DNA of 63,221 nucleotides, filler included. It is 5 parts of 5 records of this genome, joined end to end, with 100 filler letters (N's around TTAATTAATTAA, not from the genome) between each part and the next. Parts side by side here need not be neighbours in the genome. Positions count along the whole stretch, not along the records: positions 7,802 to 35,688 come from DRR723986_7960; 4 more parts are not named here. One strand, written 5' to 3'. Below the pieces are notes generated by a model, which did not search any database, was not told the origin of the DNA, and was given only the letters and a program-made list of their open reading frames with translations. A program made the translations under genes and the position numbers. Positions 19,840 to 29,644 of the stretch are shown in pieces (the first letter of the stretch is position 1; each line of letters opens with the position of its first letter).

Positions 19840-20610
19840 TCAAACTTGCAGCACGCTGGAAACCAGCAATTGCGTATAGGCATGTTGTGGATCATCCAGC
19901 ACCTGATCCGTCAGACCCGCCTCAACCACATGACCGTCTTTCATCACCATCAACCGATCCGCCAGCAGACGAACAACAGCCAGATCATGGGTCACGATAA
20001 TCGCACTCAGCCCCATTTCACGGACCAAGCCGCGCAACAGATCCAACAGACGCGCCTGAACGGACACATCCAATCCACCGGTCGGTTCATCCATGAACAC
20101 AAGCCGCGGACCCGTCACCAGATTGCGTGCGATTTGCAGGCGTTGCTGCATGCCACCCGAAAAGGCTGTCGGGCGATCATCAACACGGTTTTCGTTGATC
20201 TCGACCCGGCCTAGCCAATCAATCGCTTTGTCCCGAATGTCGCCGTAGTGGCGATCGCCAACAGCCATCAGCCGCTCACCAATGTTCCCACCGGCACTGA
20301 CCGACATACGTAATCCGTCACGTGCATGTTGATGAACAAAAGCCCAATCTGTACGCCCCAGCATTCGCCGCTCGGGCTCTGACATGGTCAGCGTGTCCAC
20401 CGGCCCATCTGCGCGGGTGTCAAACACCACCTGACCTGCATCTGCTTCCAGATGACCCGCAAGGCAATTCAACAACGTCGACTTGCCTGACCCGCTTTCG
20501 CCCACGATTCCCATGACTTCGCCCGGAAACAGGTCGAAATTCACATCCGTGCACCCGATCCGCGTTCCGTAACGCTTTTCGATGCCTTGAACTTGCAACA
20601 GCGGGGTCAT
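19840..20610 (-). CDS. phnK: C-P lyase ABC-ATPase subunit
   Basis: Motifs GESGSGKST, SAGGNIGERLM, FSGGMQQRLQIARNL and DDPQHAYTQLLVSS. Start ATG 20610 overlaps the phnJ stop. Confidence 0.95.
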   Translation of the reverse strand: MTPLLQVQGIEKRYGTRIGCTDVNFDLFPGEVMGIVGESGSGKSTLLNCLAGHLEADAGQVVFDTRADGPVDTLTMSEPERRMLGRTDWAFVHQHARDGLRMSVSAGGNIGERLMAVGDRHYGDIRDKAIDWLGRVEINENRVDDRPTAFSGGMQQRLQIARNLVTGPRLVFMDEPTGGLDVSVQARLLDLLRGLVREMGLSAIIVTHDLAVVRLLADRLMVMKDGHVVEAGLTDQVLDDPQHAYTQLLVSSVLQV

Positions 20611-21467
20611 GCCGCATCCTCCGTTCCCAGTCTGCCAATATGGCCCGCCGCGCGGCGGGATCGGCAATAATCCGTGTCCGAACAGACAAACATGCGATTG
20701 CCCGCATCATCCAAGATCACTTCATCCAGATAGCTGTCTTCGGCCGCACACAAATCACAGGGGTGATCCGCTTTGGTGGCCTCAAACGGGTAATCTTCGA
20801 AATCCAGGCTCACGACTTTGGTATGGGGGGGAACCGCGTAAATCCGTTGCTCGCGTCCCGCACCAAACAGCTGAATGGCCGACATTTCCAATTTCGGATT
20901 GTCAAATTTTGGGATCGGCGACGGGTCCATCACATAGCGATCCGACACCATCACAGGATAGGCATAGGCCGTCGCGATATCGCCGTGCTGGCTGATATCT
21001 TCGTACAGTTTCACATGCATCAGCCCGTATTCTTCGAGGCTGTGCATCTTGCGAGTCTCGGTCTCGCGCGGTTCCAAAAACCTCAACGGTTCCGGGATCG
21101 GCACCTGATAGACAAGGATCTGGTCTTCGTTCAGCTCGGCCTCGGGAATCCGGTGCCGAGTCTGGATCACAGTCGCCTTTTCGGTTTCTTCAGTCACAGC
21201 CACGCCGGCGGTGTTTTCAAAGAATTTGCGGATCGACACGGCGTTGGTCGTATCATCCGCGCCTTGGTCGATCACCTTGAACGTATCGTCCGGTGTCAGC
21301 GTCGCGGCAGACACCTGCACGCCCCCTGTGCCCCAGCCATACGGCATCGGCATCTCGCGACTGGCAAACGGCACCTGATAGCCCGGCACCGCCAACCCTT
21401 TGAGGATCGCCCGGCGGATCATCCGCTTGGTCTGCTCATCTAAATAGGCAAAATTGTAATCGCTCAT
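20607..21467 (-). CDS. phnJ: Alpha-D-ribose 1-methylphosphonate 5-phosphate C-P lyase (radical SAM)
   Basis: Motifs YNFAYLDEQTKRMIRRA and YGWGTGG, with Cys cluster CDLC...CSDTDYC. Confidence 0.97.
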   Translation of the reverse strand: MSDYNFAYLDEQTKRMIRRAILKGLAVPGYQVPFASREMPMPYGWGTGGVQVSAATLTPDDTFKVIDQGADDTTNAVSIRKFFENTAGVAVTEETEKATVIQTRHRIPEAELNEDQILVYQVPIPEPLRFLEPRETETRKMHSLEEYGLMHVKLYEDISQHGDIATAYAYPVMVSDRYVMDPSPIPKFDNPKLEMSAIQLFGAGREQRIYAVPPHTKVVSLDFEDYPFEATKADHPCDLCAAEDSYLDEVILDDAGNRMFVCSDTDYCRSRRAAGHIGRLGTEDAA

Positions 21468-22567
21468 TCCGCAGCCTCCTGCGCGGTAAATTCACCCTGA
21501 AGCCGTTCCTCGGCTTCTCGGCGCAGCTTGCGCACCAGTTCCAGTTCAGACTGGAAATCAACGTAGTGGGGCAATTTGATATGTTCGAGGAACCCCGTGG
21601 CCTGAATGTTGTCTGAATGGCTCAGAACAAACTCTTCGTCCTGCGCAGCGACACCCAGATTGTCTTCGCCCAGCTCTTTCCAGCGCAGGGCACGATCGAC
21701 CAGAGCCATCGCAATGGATTTGCGTTCCGATTGGCCAAAGACCAAGCCGTATCCACGCGTAAACTGCGGCGGCTCTGTCTTGGACCCTTGGAATTGGTTC
21801 ACCGTTTCACATTCGGTCAATTCCAACTCACCAATCTCAATCGAAAAACCCAGTTCGGGAATGTCCATTTCGACAGGCACCTTGCCGATCCGCAACTCAC
21901 CGACAAACGCGTGGTTGCGCGCGTAACCGCGTTGGGTTGAATAGGCCATGCCTAGGATAAACCCTTCATCCCCGCGCGTTAGAGATTGCAGACGCAGGGC
22001 GCGGTTGGATGGAAATTCCATTGGCTCGCGCGTCAAATCCCCCGGGACGGCATCACTGTCCGGTTCACGCTGAATGATATCCTCACCCTGCAGGAACTCT
22101 GTAATGTGTGGCGTCGGTTCACAACGTGGCGTTTCGGTTTCAGCGGGCGCGACCTCTCCTTCGGCGGCCAGTTTGAAATCCAGCAAGCGGTGGGTGTAGT
22201 CAAATGTTGGACCTAGCACCTGTCCGCCCGGCGCATCCTTGAACGTGGCCGAGATCCGGCGATCACAAGCCATGTCCCCGGTATTCACCGGTAAAGTCGC
22301 CCCAAAGCGCGGCAGAGTGGTGCGATAGGCACGGATCAGGAAAATCGCCTCGATAAGGTCCCCGCGGGATTGTTTGATCGCCAATGCCGCCAGATCCGGG
22401 TCAAACAGCGAGCCTTCGGTCATCACGCGGTTGACCGCGAGGCTGAGTTGTTCGCGGATCTGCGCGATGCTGAGTTCCGCGACCGAAGTATCGCCGCGCC
22501 GCTCTTCGGCGAGCCAGGCGTGCGCATTGTCGATGGCCTTTTCACCACCTTTGACAGCTACATACAT
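21464..22567 (-). CDS. phnI: C-P lyase complex subunit
   Basis: Motifs MYVAVKGGEKAI and HIKLPHYVDFQSEL. Confidence 0.97.
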   Translation of the reverse strand: MYVAVKGGEKAIDNAHAWLAEERRGDTSVAELSIAQIREQLSLAVNRVMTEGSLFDPDLAALAIKQSRGDLIEAIFLIRAYRTTLPRFGATLPVNTGDMACDRRISATFKDAPGGQVLGPTFDYTHRLLDFKLAAEGEVAPAETETPRCEPTPHITEFLQGEDIIQREPDSDAVPGDLTREPMEFPSNRALRLQSLTRGDEGFILGMAYSTQRGYARNHAFVGELRIGKVPVEMDIPELGFSIEIGELELTECETVNQFQGSKTEPPQFTRGYGLVFGQSERKSIAMALVDRALRWKELGEDNLGVAAQDEEFVLSHSDNIQATGFLEHIKLPHYVDFQSELELVRKLRREAEERLQGEFTAQEAAE

Positions 22568-23148
22568 GTCTTAGCCCCTACAGAAATTTGCGTGCTGCGC
22601 GGCAAGGCCGCGACCTGTGTGCCGCTAGTGAAAAAGAAATCAATGCCCAGAGGGTAGAGTTGAGCATTCGCCTGCACCGCCCGGAGGTCGGGCAAGGACA
22701 AATGTGCCGTGTCTTTGATACCGGGGCCAGTCAAGGTGGCGGTAGTTTTTAACTCTGCATCGCCGTCGACGATCAGCGTGGCCGAGCGATCCGGGTATTC
22801 TGCGGTCCCAATGCGATAAGCATTCAGCGGGCCCAACGCGGCCCATGTTCCGATTGCAAAATCCGCCTCAGCCGCGCTGACCAAGGGAGCACCCGTGTGG
22901 AACGTCAGCCACTGGCGCACATCTGCGGTGTCTGCATCACCGGCCAAGTACACTCCCGTTTCCGGGTCGCATAGGGTCAAGAGCAAGGTCGCCGCCGCCT
23001 CTGACAACGGCGCTGGCGCTTGGGCCCCGCTTAGTTCGCGGGTTTCGCCCGGACGCGCCATGACGGTCATCGCCGCGCGAAACGCATGAGCTGCATCTGT
23101 GGGCGCATTTTGAAAGCCGCCCGAAAATTGAGGTGTTTGTGCCAACAT
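22558..23148 (-). CDS. phnH: C-P lyase complex subunit
   Basis: Motifs FRAAMTVMARPG, WLTFHTGAP, GTAEYPDRSATLI and ALPRST. Confidence 0.93.
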   Translation of the reverse strand: MLAQTPQFSGGFQNAPTDAAHAFRAAMTVMARPGETRELSGAQAPAPLSEAAATLLLTLCDPETGVYLAGDADTADVRQWLTFHTGAPLVSAAEADFAIGTWAALGPLNAYRIGTAEYPDRSATLIVDGDAELKTTATLTGPGIKDTAHLSLPDLRAVQANAQLYPLGIDFFFTSGTQVAALPRSTQISVGAKTCM

Positions 23149-23606
23149 CAATCCTCTCCTCGAACCATGGTAAAGAATTCCACCTTAGTGGCCGCTGCTT
23201 TGGCTGCGCGGGTCTGTTTGGCGGTCCGGATTTGCGCGGCCAGCGGGTCAAGGACCTGCGTCTGCACATGGTCCGCAGCCCCCGTCTGCATCAAGGCATC
23301 AATCAGCGCCGCTGCTTCGACCTTGAGCTTAGAGCGGCCTTGCACATACCCGTGCCCCACGGTGCCATCCGTCAACACAAGCGAACAGCGCGTTACGGTC
23401 ATTTCTCCGAGGTTGAACGGAGCCCCGGATCCGCCCATGCGACCCCGCACCATGACACCGCCCACTTCGGGTGCCCGCAACCATTCGAACGACGGGCGAT
23501 CCGTCACTGCATTCCAAAGCGACATCAGTGCGGTTTCCGGGGCAGCAGCCATCAGGCTCAACCACTCCTTGCGCGCGTTTTCGCTGTTTTTCATATTATC
23601 TGCCAT
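23148..23606 (-). CDS. phnG: C-P lyase complex subunit
   Basis: Motifs RAPEVGGVMVRGRMGGSGAPFNLGEMTVTRC and AAATKVEFFTMVRGED. ATG 23606 with AAGAGG SD. Confidence 0.95.
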   Translation of the reverse strand: MADNMKNSENARKEWLSLMAAAPETALMSLWNAVTDRPSFEWLRAPEVGGVMVRGRMGGSGAPFNLGEMTVTRCSLVLTDGTVGHGYVQGRSKLKVEAAALIDALMQTGAADHVQTQVLDPLAAQIRTAKQTRAAKAAATKVEFFTMVRGED

Positions 23607-23624
23607 AATAGCCTCTTGGCGAAG

Positions 23625-23653
23625 TTGTCTACAACAACTATACAACTAGACAA
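23625..23653. promoter_or_regulatory. Putative PhnF (GntR/HutC) operator
   Basis: Perfect inverted repeat TTGTCTA-N15-TAGACAA with internal TACAAC repeats, between divergent phnG and phnF. It resembles HutC-family GT-N-TA-N-AC half sites. Confidence 0.6.
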
Positions 23654-23693
23654 ATCATAGCCCTCAGCTGGGCCTCACGCAATCCTCTGACTT

Positions 23694-23711
23694 GTGAAGT
23701 TTTGATGACAT
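23694..23711 (-). promoter_or_regulatory. Putative Pho box for phnG
   Basis: The minus strand reads ATGTCAT-CAAA-ACTTCAC, an 11-bp repeat resembling CTGTCAT-N4-CTGTCAY. Confidence 0.55.
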
Positions 23712-24420
23712 GAGCCGAACACCCGTCTGGAAATCCATCGCAGTGACGTTAACCGCTGATATTGCCGAAGGCCGCTATGCCAGCGGAGACCGCCTACCAA
23801 CAGAATCTCAACTGGCTGCGACACACGGTGTGAACCGCCACACAGTACGGCGCGCACTGGCTGACATGTCAGAGCAAGGGCTGGTTCACGCCCGGCGGGG
23901 AGCTGGGGTTTTTGTGACCGCACAGCCGACCGATTACCCCATTGGCAAACGTGTGCGGTACCACCAAAATATTTCAGCTAGCGGCAAAATTCCTGGCAAG
24001 AAGCTATTGGCCCTGAATACTCGTGCAGCTGACGTACAAGAAGCCCACGCATTGGGACTAGATCAGGGGAATCCCGTGCATGTCTACGACGGGCTCTCTC
24101 TTGCCGATGGCCAACCGATTGCCGTGTTTCAAAGCATTTTTCCCGCTGATCGGTTTCCAAACATGCTGGAGGCTTTGCGAGAGACGCACTCAGTGACCAA
24201 AGCCTTGCAGCTGATTGGCATACCCGATTACACGCGCAAATGGACCCGTTTGACAGCCCGGCAAGCGAATCCGACCCAAGCACTGCACCTGCGCATTTCC
24301 GAAGGGGCACCCGTACTGCAATCCACCGGGCTAAATGTGGACCCTAAAAACAATCCAGTTGAGTACGGCCGCACCTGGTTCGCCGGCGACCATGTGACGC
24401 TCACACTCGGAAGTGAGTAG
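23710..24420 (+). CDS. phnF: Phosphonate metabolism transcriptional regulator (GntR/UTRA)
   Basis: HTH LPTESQLAATHGVNRHTVRRAL, followed by a UTRA domain. Divergent from phnG. Confidence 0.93.
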   Translation: MSRTPVWKSIAVTLTADIAEGRYASGDRLPTESQLAATHGVNRHTVRRALADMSEQGLVHARRGAGVFVTAQPTDYPIGKRVRYHQNISASGKIPGKKLLALNTRAADVQEAHALGLDQGNPVHVYDGLSLADGQPIAVFQSIFPADRFPNMLEALRETHSVTKALQLIGIPDYTRKWTRLTARQANPTQALHLRISEGAPVLQSTGLNVDPKNNPVEYGRTWFAGDHVTLTLGSE

Positions 24421-24434
24421 TTAACGGCGAAACA

Positions 24435-24566
24435 CTCCCGCTCGTCGTCGATGTTCCTGACGGAACACCTCCTCCCCTTGGGCGTGGCACCGCGCTTTGC
24501 GCGGTGCCACGCCCAAGGCCGCCAAGGGTAGATCGGCTAAGCCGATGTATCCTGCGGGCGCGGGAG
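24435..24566. repeat. ~130-bp multi-hairpin intergenic element, copy 1
   Basis: CTCCCG/CGGGAG ends and a perfect 20-bp palindrome at 24476-24518. Aligns end to end with 30368-30496. Confidence 0.85.
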
Positions 24567-24588
24567 TACCTTGTTCTCAATGATCCGA

Positions 24589-25209
24589 TCAGCCATATTT
24601 TTCGAGAAACGCCTCGGCACGCATCGCTCTAAAATCAGGAAGAGCAGAACGCAACTGGACATGGGTCCAATCCCACCACGCAAGTTCCATCATACGTTCT
24701 GCAACACACTCTTCGTACCGACACCGTATCACCTGCGCCGTCACACCTGCGACAATCGTATAGGGAGCGACATCTTTGGTCACAATCGCGCCCGAGGCTA
24801 CAACTGCGCCATGTCCAATCGTCACCTCGGGCTTGATAATAGCAGCATGACCAATCCAGGTGTCATGCCCGATCCGCGCTTGCCGACCGGCCCGATGGGC
24901 AAACCAATCTGCATCATGCTCTGCATCGGCCCAATAATCACCTGACCGATAGTGGAAATGATGCAGCGATGCCTTTTCCATAGGGTGATCCGTTGCCCCA
25001 ATGCGTGTAAAGCTGGCGATATTTGAAAACTTCCCAATCTCAGCATTGGCAATATCGCAGGTCCGATCACAATAGGAATAATCCCCAAAGGTCGAGTTTG
25101 CGATCCGGCTGCCCGCGCCAATCTCCACATAGGCACCAAATGAACTCTCGCTGATTTGGCACTCGGGATGCACAAAGGGCACGTCGGCCTTGAGCTTCGG
25201 TTCGGTCAT
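24589..25209 (-). CDS. Hexapeptide-repeat (CatB/Vat-like) acetyltransferase of phn clusters
   Basis: Motifs IGKFSNIAS, IGHDTWIGH, VTKDVAPYTIV and LAWWDW. Start ATG 25209 (MTEPKL). Confidence 0.88.
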   Translation of the reverse strand: MTEPKLKADVPFVHPECQISESSFGAYVEIGAGSRIANSTFGDYSYCDRTCDIANAEIGKFSNIASFTRIGATDHPMEKASLHHFHYRSGDYWADAEHDADWFAHRAGRQARIGHDTWIGHAAIIKPEVTIGHGAVVASGAIVTKDVAPYTIVAGVTAQVIRCRYEECVAERMMELAWWDWTHVQLRSALPDFRAMRAEAFLEKYG

Positions 25210-25314
25210 TTCCTGATCTTTCTCTTTGTATTGAAACCAAAAAGACGTTTGGAGCCCTGGGCATTCCCCACAGGCTCCAAACGCTTGTTTTATATGTGTG
25301 TTAGAAGGCACGCT

Positions 25315-26685
25315 TTAAGGCAGGACAAACGCCTTAGCTTTGGCATCCACCTTACGCTTACGCGCTTTCTTTTCCGCGCCTCCAATCAGACGTCGCCGTA
25401 ACCAGCCCGAGAACCAATCCATGAACATCACCATCAAAATGATCAACACAATGTAATAGGCGACCTCTTCCCAATCCTTTTGGGTGATGATCGCCTGCGT
25501 CAGCAACAGACCAATCCCACCGCCGGTAATGGCCCCGATCACCGTTGCACTGCGGGTGTTTGATTCAAGGAAATAGAGCAGCTGGCTGAGCAAAATTGGG
25601 GTGATCTGCGGGATCACACCAAAGCGATAGCGTTGTGCCGCGCTGGCTCCGGTCGATTGAACGCCCTCGATCTGCTTCTCGTCCACATTCTCCAGAGCTT
25701 CAGAGAATATTTTGCCGAACGTTCCTGTATCTGTCACCAAAATTGCCAACGCGCCGGTCAGCGGCCCCGGACCAAAAGCACGAGACAAAACAACGGTCCA
25801 AATCAACGCATCCACACCGCGCACGAAATCAAACAAGCGGCGCGTGGCAAAGGTAATCGATCGCAAGGGTGAGAAATTCCGGGCTGCAAGAAACGCCAAT
25901 GGCAATGCCACCATCCCCGCCCCAAGCGTGCCGAGGAACGCCATCAGGATCGTTTCAAAAATGGCCCAGGCCACATCCTGATGCCGCCACATCTTGTTGG
26001 TCCAAAAATCCTGCCAGATAGCGCCGGCTTCGCCCGCAAAGGCCAACCCCATCAGCTCAGTCGGCGATTTACCATGGTAGGGGCTGTCGAGGGTGAACCA
26101 AAACAGCTCCCACCCTGTGAAATAGCGGAACACTTCGGATCGGTTGCGGGTCACCGTCAACCGGCCTGCATCCGTAGTAATCGCCAAGCGGTTTTTGGAC
26201 AGGTTGATCCACTCGGGCACCACCTCGCTCGGCAATTCGGCCTGAACCCCCTGACTGCGGTTCGGGGTCGCCTTGATCACACCATATCCGGGCACGTCAT
26301 AGGTGATCGTTTTCGGGCCAAAGGTCACGATGTGACCATCCTCCAGATCGATCACCGTCGTTTCACCCAGTTCAACCCAGTCGGGTGACGTGCCATCAGG
26401 ATAGGCCCCTTTACGCTCTCCCTCGATGGCAACGGTGACTTCGGCGGTGCGATTGTCACGGGTCACATGGGTCTTATAGCTGTAGCTATCAGCCACCAAC
26501 GTTTTGCCGTTCTTCCAATTTGCTTTGCCGTAAAGATCCAGAACATCAAACGCAAAGAACACGTATGTCAGGTACGCCAACACAAGCAGCGGCAACCCAA
26601 AGTTCAGCATCCGTTTCCGTGAGAACAAACGGTCTGCCTCGGCCTTCAACATCTCGGTGGTCAGGTTTGTGTCAAAGGTGGTCAT
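25315..26685 (-). CDS. phnE: Phosphonate ABC transporter permease (long form with periplasmic insertion)
   Basis: Motifs ETILMAFLGT, GKIFSEALEN and ESNTRSATVIG. Confidence 0.92.
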   Translation of the reverse strand: MTTFDTNLTTEMLKAEADRLFSRKRMLNFGLPLLVLAYLTYVFFAFDVLDLYGKANWKNGKTLVADSYSYKTHVTRDNRTAEVTVAIEGERKGAYPDGTSPDWVELGETTVIDLEDGHIVTFGPKTITYDVPGYGVIKATPNRSQGVQAELPSEVVPEWINLSKNRLAITTDAGRLTVTRNRSEVFRYFTGWELFWFTLDSPYHGKSPTELMGLAFAGEAGAIWQDFWTNKMWRHQDVAWAIFETILMAFLGTLGAGMVALPLAFLAARNFSPLRSITFATRRLFDFVRGVDALIWTVVLSRAFGPGPLTGALAILVTDTGTFGKIFSEALENVDEKQIEGVQSTGASAAQRYRFGVIPQITPILLSQLLYFLESNTRSATVIGAITGGGIGLLLTQAIITQKDWEEVAYYIVLIILMVMFMDWFSGWLRRRLIGGAEKKARKRKVDAKAKAFVLP

Positions 26686-27563
26686 GCTGTCGCTCCCTTT
26701 GCGGTTCCATGGGTCAAGCGATCACGCACAACACCCGAAAGCTGATCAACGGTAACAATGGTCAAAAACAGCAAGATAAAGATGGCAGCCGCCTCGTCAT
26801 AACGCCCCTGCCCCCAAGACATCGCATTGCGCAACTCGTACCCGATGCCCCCTGCTCCAACAAAGCCAAGAATGGCAGAGGCGCGGATGTTGATTTCAAA
26901 CCGCAGCAAGGCATAGCTGACATAGTTTGGCCCCACCTGCGGGATCACCCCCAGATACATCTTCTGGCCCCACGTGGCCCCGACGGATTCGAGACCCTCA
27001 ATTGGTTTGAGAGAGGCATTTTCGTTCACTTCCGAAAACAGCTTGCCCAACGCGCCCGCCGTGTGGATGGCAATCGCAATCATCGCAGGAACGGGTCCGC
27101 CCCCCAAAATGAAAATCAAAACCAAGGCGATCACGATTTCAGGAATTGCGCGACAGATATCACTGATCCGGCGAAACACCGGAATCAAGACCGGCCATGG
27201 CGCCATGCCCCGTGTTGCCAGCAGCGACAGAAACGTCCCCGCCACAGCACCGATCAAAGTAGAGGCAGCGGCAATATTCAATGTTTCCACAAGCGCCGGA
27301 CAAAACGTAACCAGATGTGCTGGCAGCTCGGCCACTTTTTCCCAAGCCTCGCTTAGCACCTCAGTCGGATAGTCCAGCATGCGGCGCCAGCCATCCACAA
27401 ATGACCCGGCATTGCGGGCATCAGCGGTACGAAACCCTGCGGCCATAAGACTGACAAAAAGGATCAGAAGAATGCCACCATAGACCCGTTTGCGCTGGGT
27501 CAGCGCAGTATAGTTGTCGCGGATCTGCGCGACGGATTGGGACCCTGCACTTAGGTCTGTCAT
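26682..27563 (-). CDS. phnE: Phosphonate ABC transporter permease
   Basis: Motifs RAIPEIV, GKLFSEVNEN and RFEINIRASAILGFVGAGGIG. Confidence 0.93.
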   Translation of the reverse strand: MTDLSAGSQSVAQIRDNYTALTQRKRVYGGILLILFVSLMAAGFRTADARNAGSFVDGWRRMLDYPTEVLSEAWEKVAELPAHLVTFCPALVETLNIAAASTLIGAVAGTFLSLLATRGMAPWPVLIPVFRRISDICRAIPEIVIALVLIFILGGGPVPAMIAIAIHTAGALGKLFSEVNENASLKPIEGLESVGATWGQKMYLGVIPQVGPNYVSYALLRFEINIRASAILGFVGAGGIGYELRNAMSWGQGRYDEAAAIFILLFLTIVTVDQLSGVVRDRLTHGTAKGATA

Positions 27564-27631
27564 TGGAATGCTCCCGCCATAAAAACGGGGCCCGGCAAAT
27601 GGTGCCAGACCCCGCGGTTTTGGTGCTAAAA

Positions 27632-28534
27632 TCAGTTGGACTTCAATTTGCGCGCTTCGATAATGACTTCGTAAGCATCATGTCCGATTGGCTGAACACC
27701 TTTGGCTTCGCCTGACAAAACACCATAGGCGCAATCAGGGTCCATCGACGGCAGCGATGCCATCAGAGCTGTGAATTTGACTTTGACGTCTGCAGGCAGT
27801 GATTTACGCAGGACAATCGGTCCTTCGGGAATGGGTTTGGACTGCCAGATCTGCACCAGATCATTCATGTCAACCAAGCCAGCATCAACCGCGCGACGCA
27901 GCGCGCCCGAGTTATAGCCGTCTTCCCAATCGCCCAGACCATCGGCCCATGTTACGCCGCCTTCAAAATCACCATTGTTGACGCCAACGATGGTCTGTTC
28001 ATGACCACCCGAAAATTTGACTTCGCCAAAGTAATCACCCGAGGTCATCGTTGCGCCGGTCTCTTCGGGGATCTCAATGGAAGGGATCAGGAAACCTGAG
28101 GTCGAGTTCGGATCGCCAAAACCAAAGGTCTTGCCCTTCATGTCCTCAAGCGAAGTGATGCCGCTGTCTTTGCGGGCAAACCCAATCGAGTAATAGCCGT
28201 AGCCGCCGTCGTTGTTGACCTTGACCAGAATCGGTTCAACCGCTTCGGGGTCTGACAGATAGGTCTTGGCATAGCCGCTTGCACCCAACCACGCCATGTC
28301 CAGCGTGCCGCCCAGCAGGCCCTGAATCACACCGTTGTAATCAGCTGGTGCAAACAGTTTCGTTGGAACGCCCAACAGCTCTTCGGTTTTGGCACGCAGG
28401 CATTCGTTGTTGTTCATGCGGTCCTGGGCGTTTTCGCCACCCAGCAGGCCGATGCGGAATTCTTTGATGTCTTCGGCCGTGACCGGGCTGGTCAGAGCAG
28501 TGGTAGCCACAATGGCGGCGATCAGTTTTTTCAT
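27632..28534 (-). CDS. phnD: Phosphonate ABC transporter substrate-binding protein
   Basis: Signal peptide MKKLIAA (ATG 28534), GDPNSTSGFLIP and FSGGHEQ. Confidence 0.93.
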   Translation of the reverse strand: MKKLIAAIVATTALTSPVTAEDIKEFRIGLLGGENAQDRMNNNECLRAKTEELLGVPTKLFAPADYNGVIQGLLGGTLDMAWLGASGYAKTYLSDPEAVEPILVKVNNDGGYGYYSIGFARKDSGITSLEDMKGKTFGFGDPNSTSGFLIPSIEIPEETGATMTSGDYFGEVKFSGGHEQTIVGVNNGDFEGGVTWADGLGDWEDGYNSGALRRAVDAGLVDMNDLVQIWQSKPIPEGPIVLRKSLPADVKVKFTALMASLPSMDPDCAYGVLSGEAKGVQPIGHDAYEVIIEARKLKSN

Positions 28535-28597
28535 CTTCTTGTCTCCGGTTAAGTACGCCCGACCCCCCATCGGGCCCGGGTGATGAAAGGGGTTGGG

Positions 28598-29422
28598 TTA
28601 AACGTGTGCCTTGGCTTCCATGCGCTCGGCGCGAATGGTGGCATCCAAGGTTTCGATCTCGGTCGATGTTGCCGCCTCGGAAAAGGTGGCGTCAGCACCA
28701 TAAATTTCACGGGCAACGCCGGTGGTCAGCTGTTCTGGCAAGCCATCAAACACGATCCGCCCGTCGCGCATGCCGACCACGCGATCACAATACCGACGCG
28801 CCGTATCCAAGGTGTGCAGGTTAGCAATGACCGTGCGCCCGTCCTCTTCGTGAATGCGGCGCAGCGCCTCCATCACGGTTTGGGCATTCATTGGATCGAG
28901 CGAGGCGATGGGTTCATCTGCCAGAATGATCTTGGGGTCCTGCATCAGAGCCCGCGCAATCGCGACACGCTGTTGCTGTCCACCTGACAGAGCTTCGGCC
29001 CGTTTTGGGGCATGTTCGGCGATGCCTAGGCGATCCAGAATATCAATGGCCCGGTGAATATCGGCCATCGGGAACAGGTTGAACATTGTGGCAAAAGTGG
29101 ACCGGTGGTTCAGCGTGCCGTGCAAGACATTGCTGACCACATCCATGCGCGGCACAAGGTTGAATTGCTGAAAAATCATCGCGCAATCGGCCTGCCAGGC
29201 ACGCTTGGCCTTACCAGTCAGGCTGGTTATATCGCGATCCTGAAACAGAATGCGGCCTTCGCTCGCATCCGACAGCCGATTGATCATCCGTAAAAGGGTG
29301 GATTTCCCCGCGCCCGACCGGCCAATGATGCCAATCATGCAGGGCTTATCCACGTCCAGCGTCGCGGTATCCACCGCTACGTTTTCGCCAAAGCGTTTGG
29401 TCAGTTTATCAATTCGCAGCAC
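28598..29422 (-). CDS. phnC: Phosphonate ABC transporter ATPase
   Basis: Motifs [34 protein letters not shown] and [10 protein letters not shown]. Confidence 0.95.
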   Translation of the reverse strand: MLRIDKLTKRFGENVAVDTATLDVDKPCMIGIIGRSGAGKSTLLRMINRLSDASEGRILFQDRDITSLTGKAKRAWQADCAMIFQQFNLVPRMDVVSNVLHGTLNHRSTFATMFNLFPMADIHRAIDILDRLGIAEHAPKRAEALSGGQQQRVAIARALMQDPKIILADEPIASLDPMNAQTVMEALRRIHEEDGRTVIANLHTLDTARRYCDRVVGMRDGRIVFDGLPEQLTTGVAREIYGADATFSEAATSTEIETLDATIRAERMEAKAHV

Positions 29423-29477
29423 GTGCCACCCCCGATTTAGTTAAGACGGGGATTTAGGGCCGGGATTCAAAACTTGT

Positions 29478-29506
29478 GTGTCAGGGCAGTGAAAGTTTTG
29501 TAACGC
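29478..29506 (-). promoter_or_regulatory. Putative tandem Pho boxes for phnC
   Basis: The minus strand reads GCGTTAC-AAAA-CTTTCAC-TGCC-CTGACAC, three half sites at 11-bp period, ~55 bp upstream of phnC. Confidence 0.6.
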
Positions 29507-29644
29507 GCTCTTTTAGCGTGAGACCGGTGAAAAAGGTGGGGCAACGTGCTGAACCTTGCGCCTCTTACATCGTTTGGGCGCCACTATCGCTAGAGCGAGA
29601 ATGGATGTATACGCCAGCCGACTCTCTCTCAATCAGGTGCTGCT

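Noticed and set aside
24589..25209. Chloramphenicol/streptogramin resistance gene
   Set aside because: It shares the fold only. Its position in the phn transporter unit and lack of mobile context point to phosphonate metabolism.
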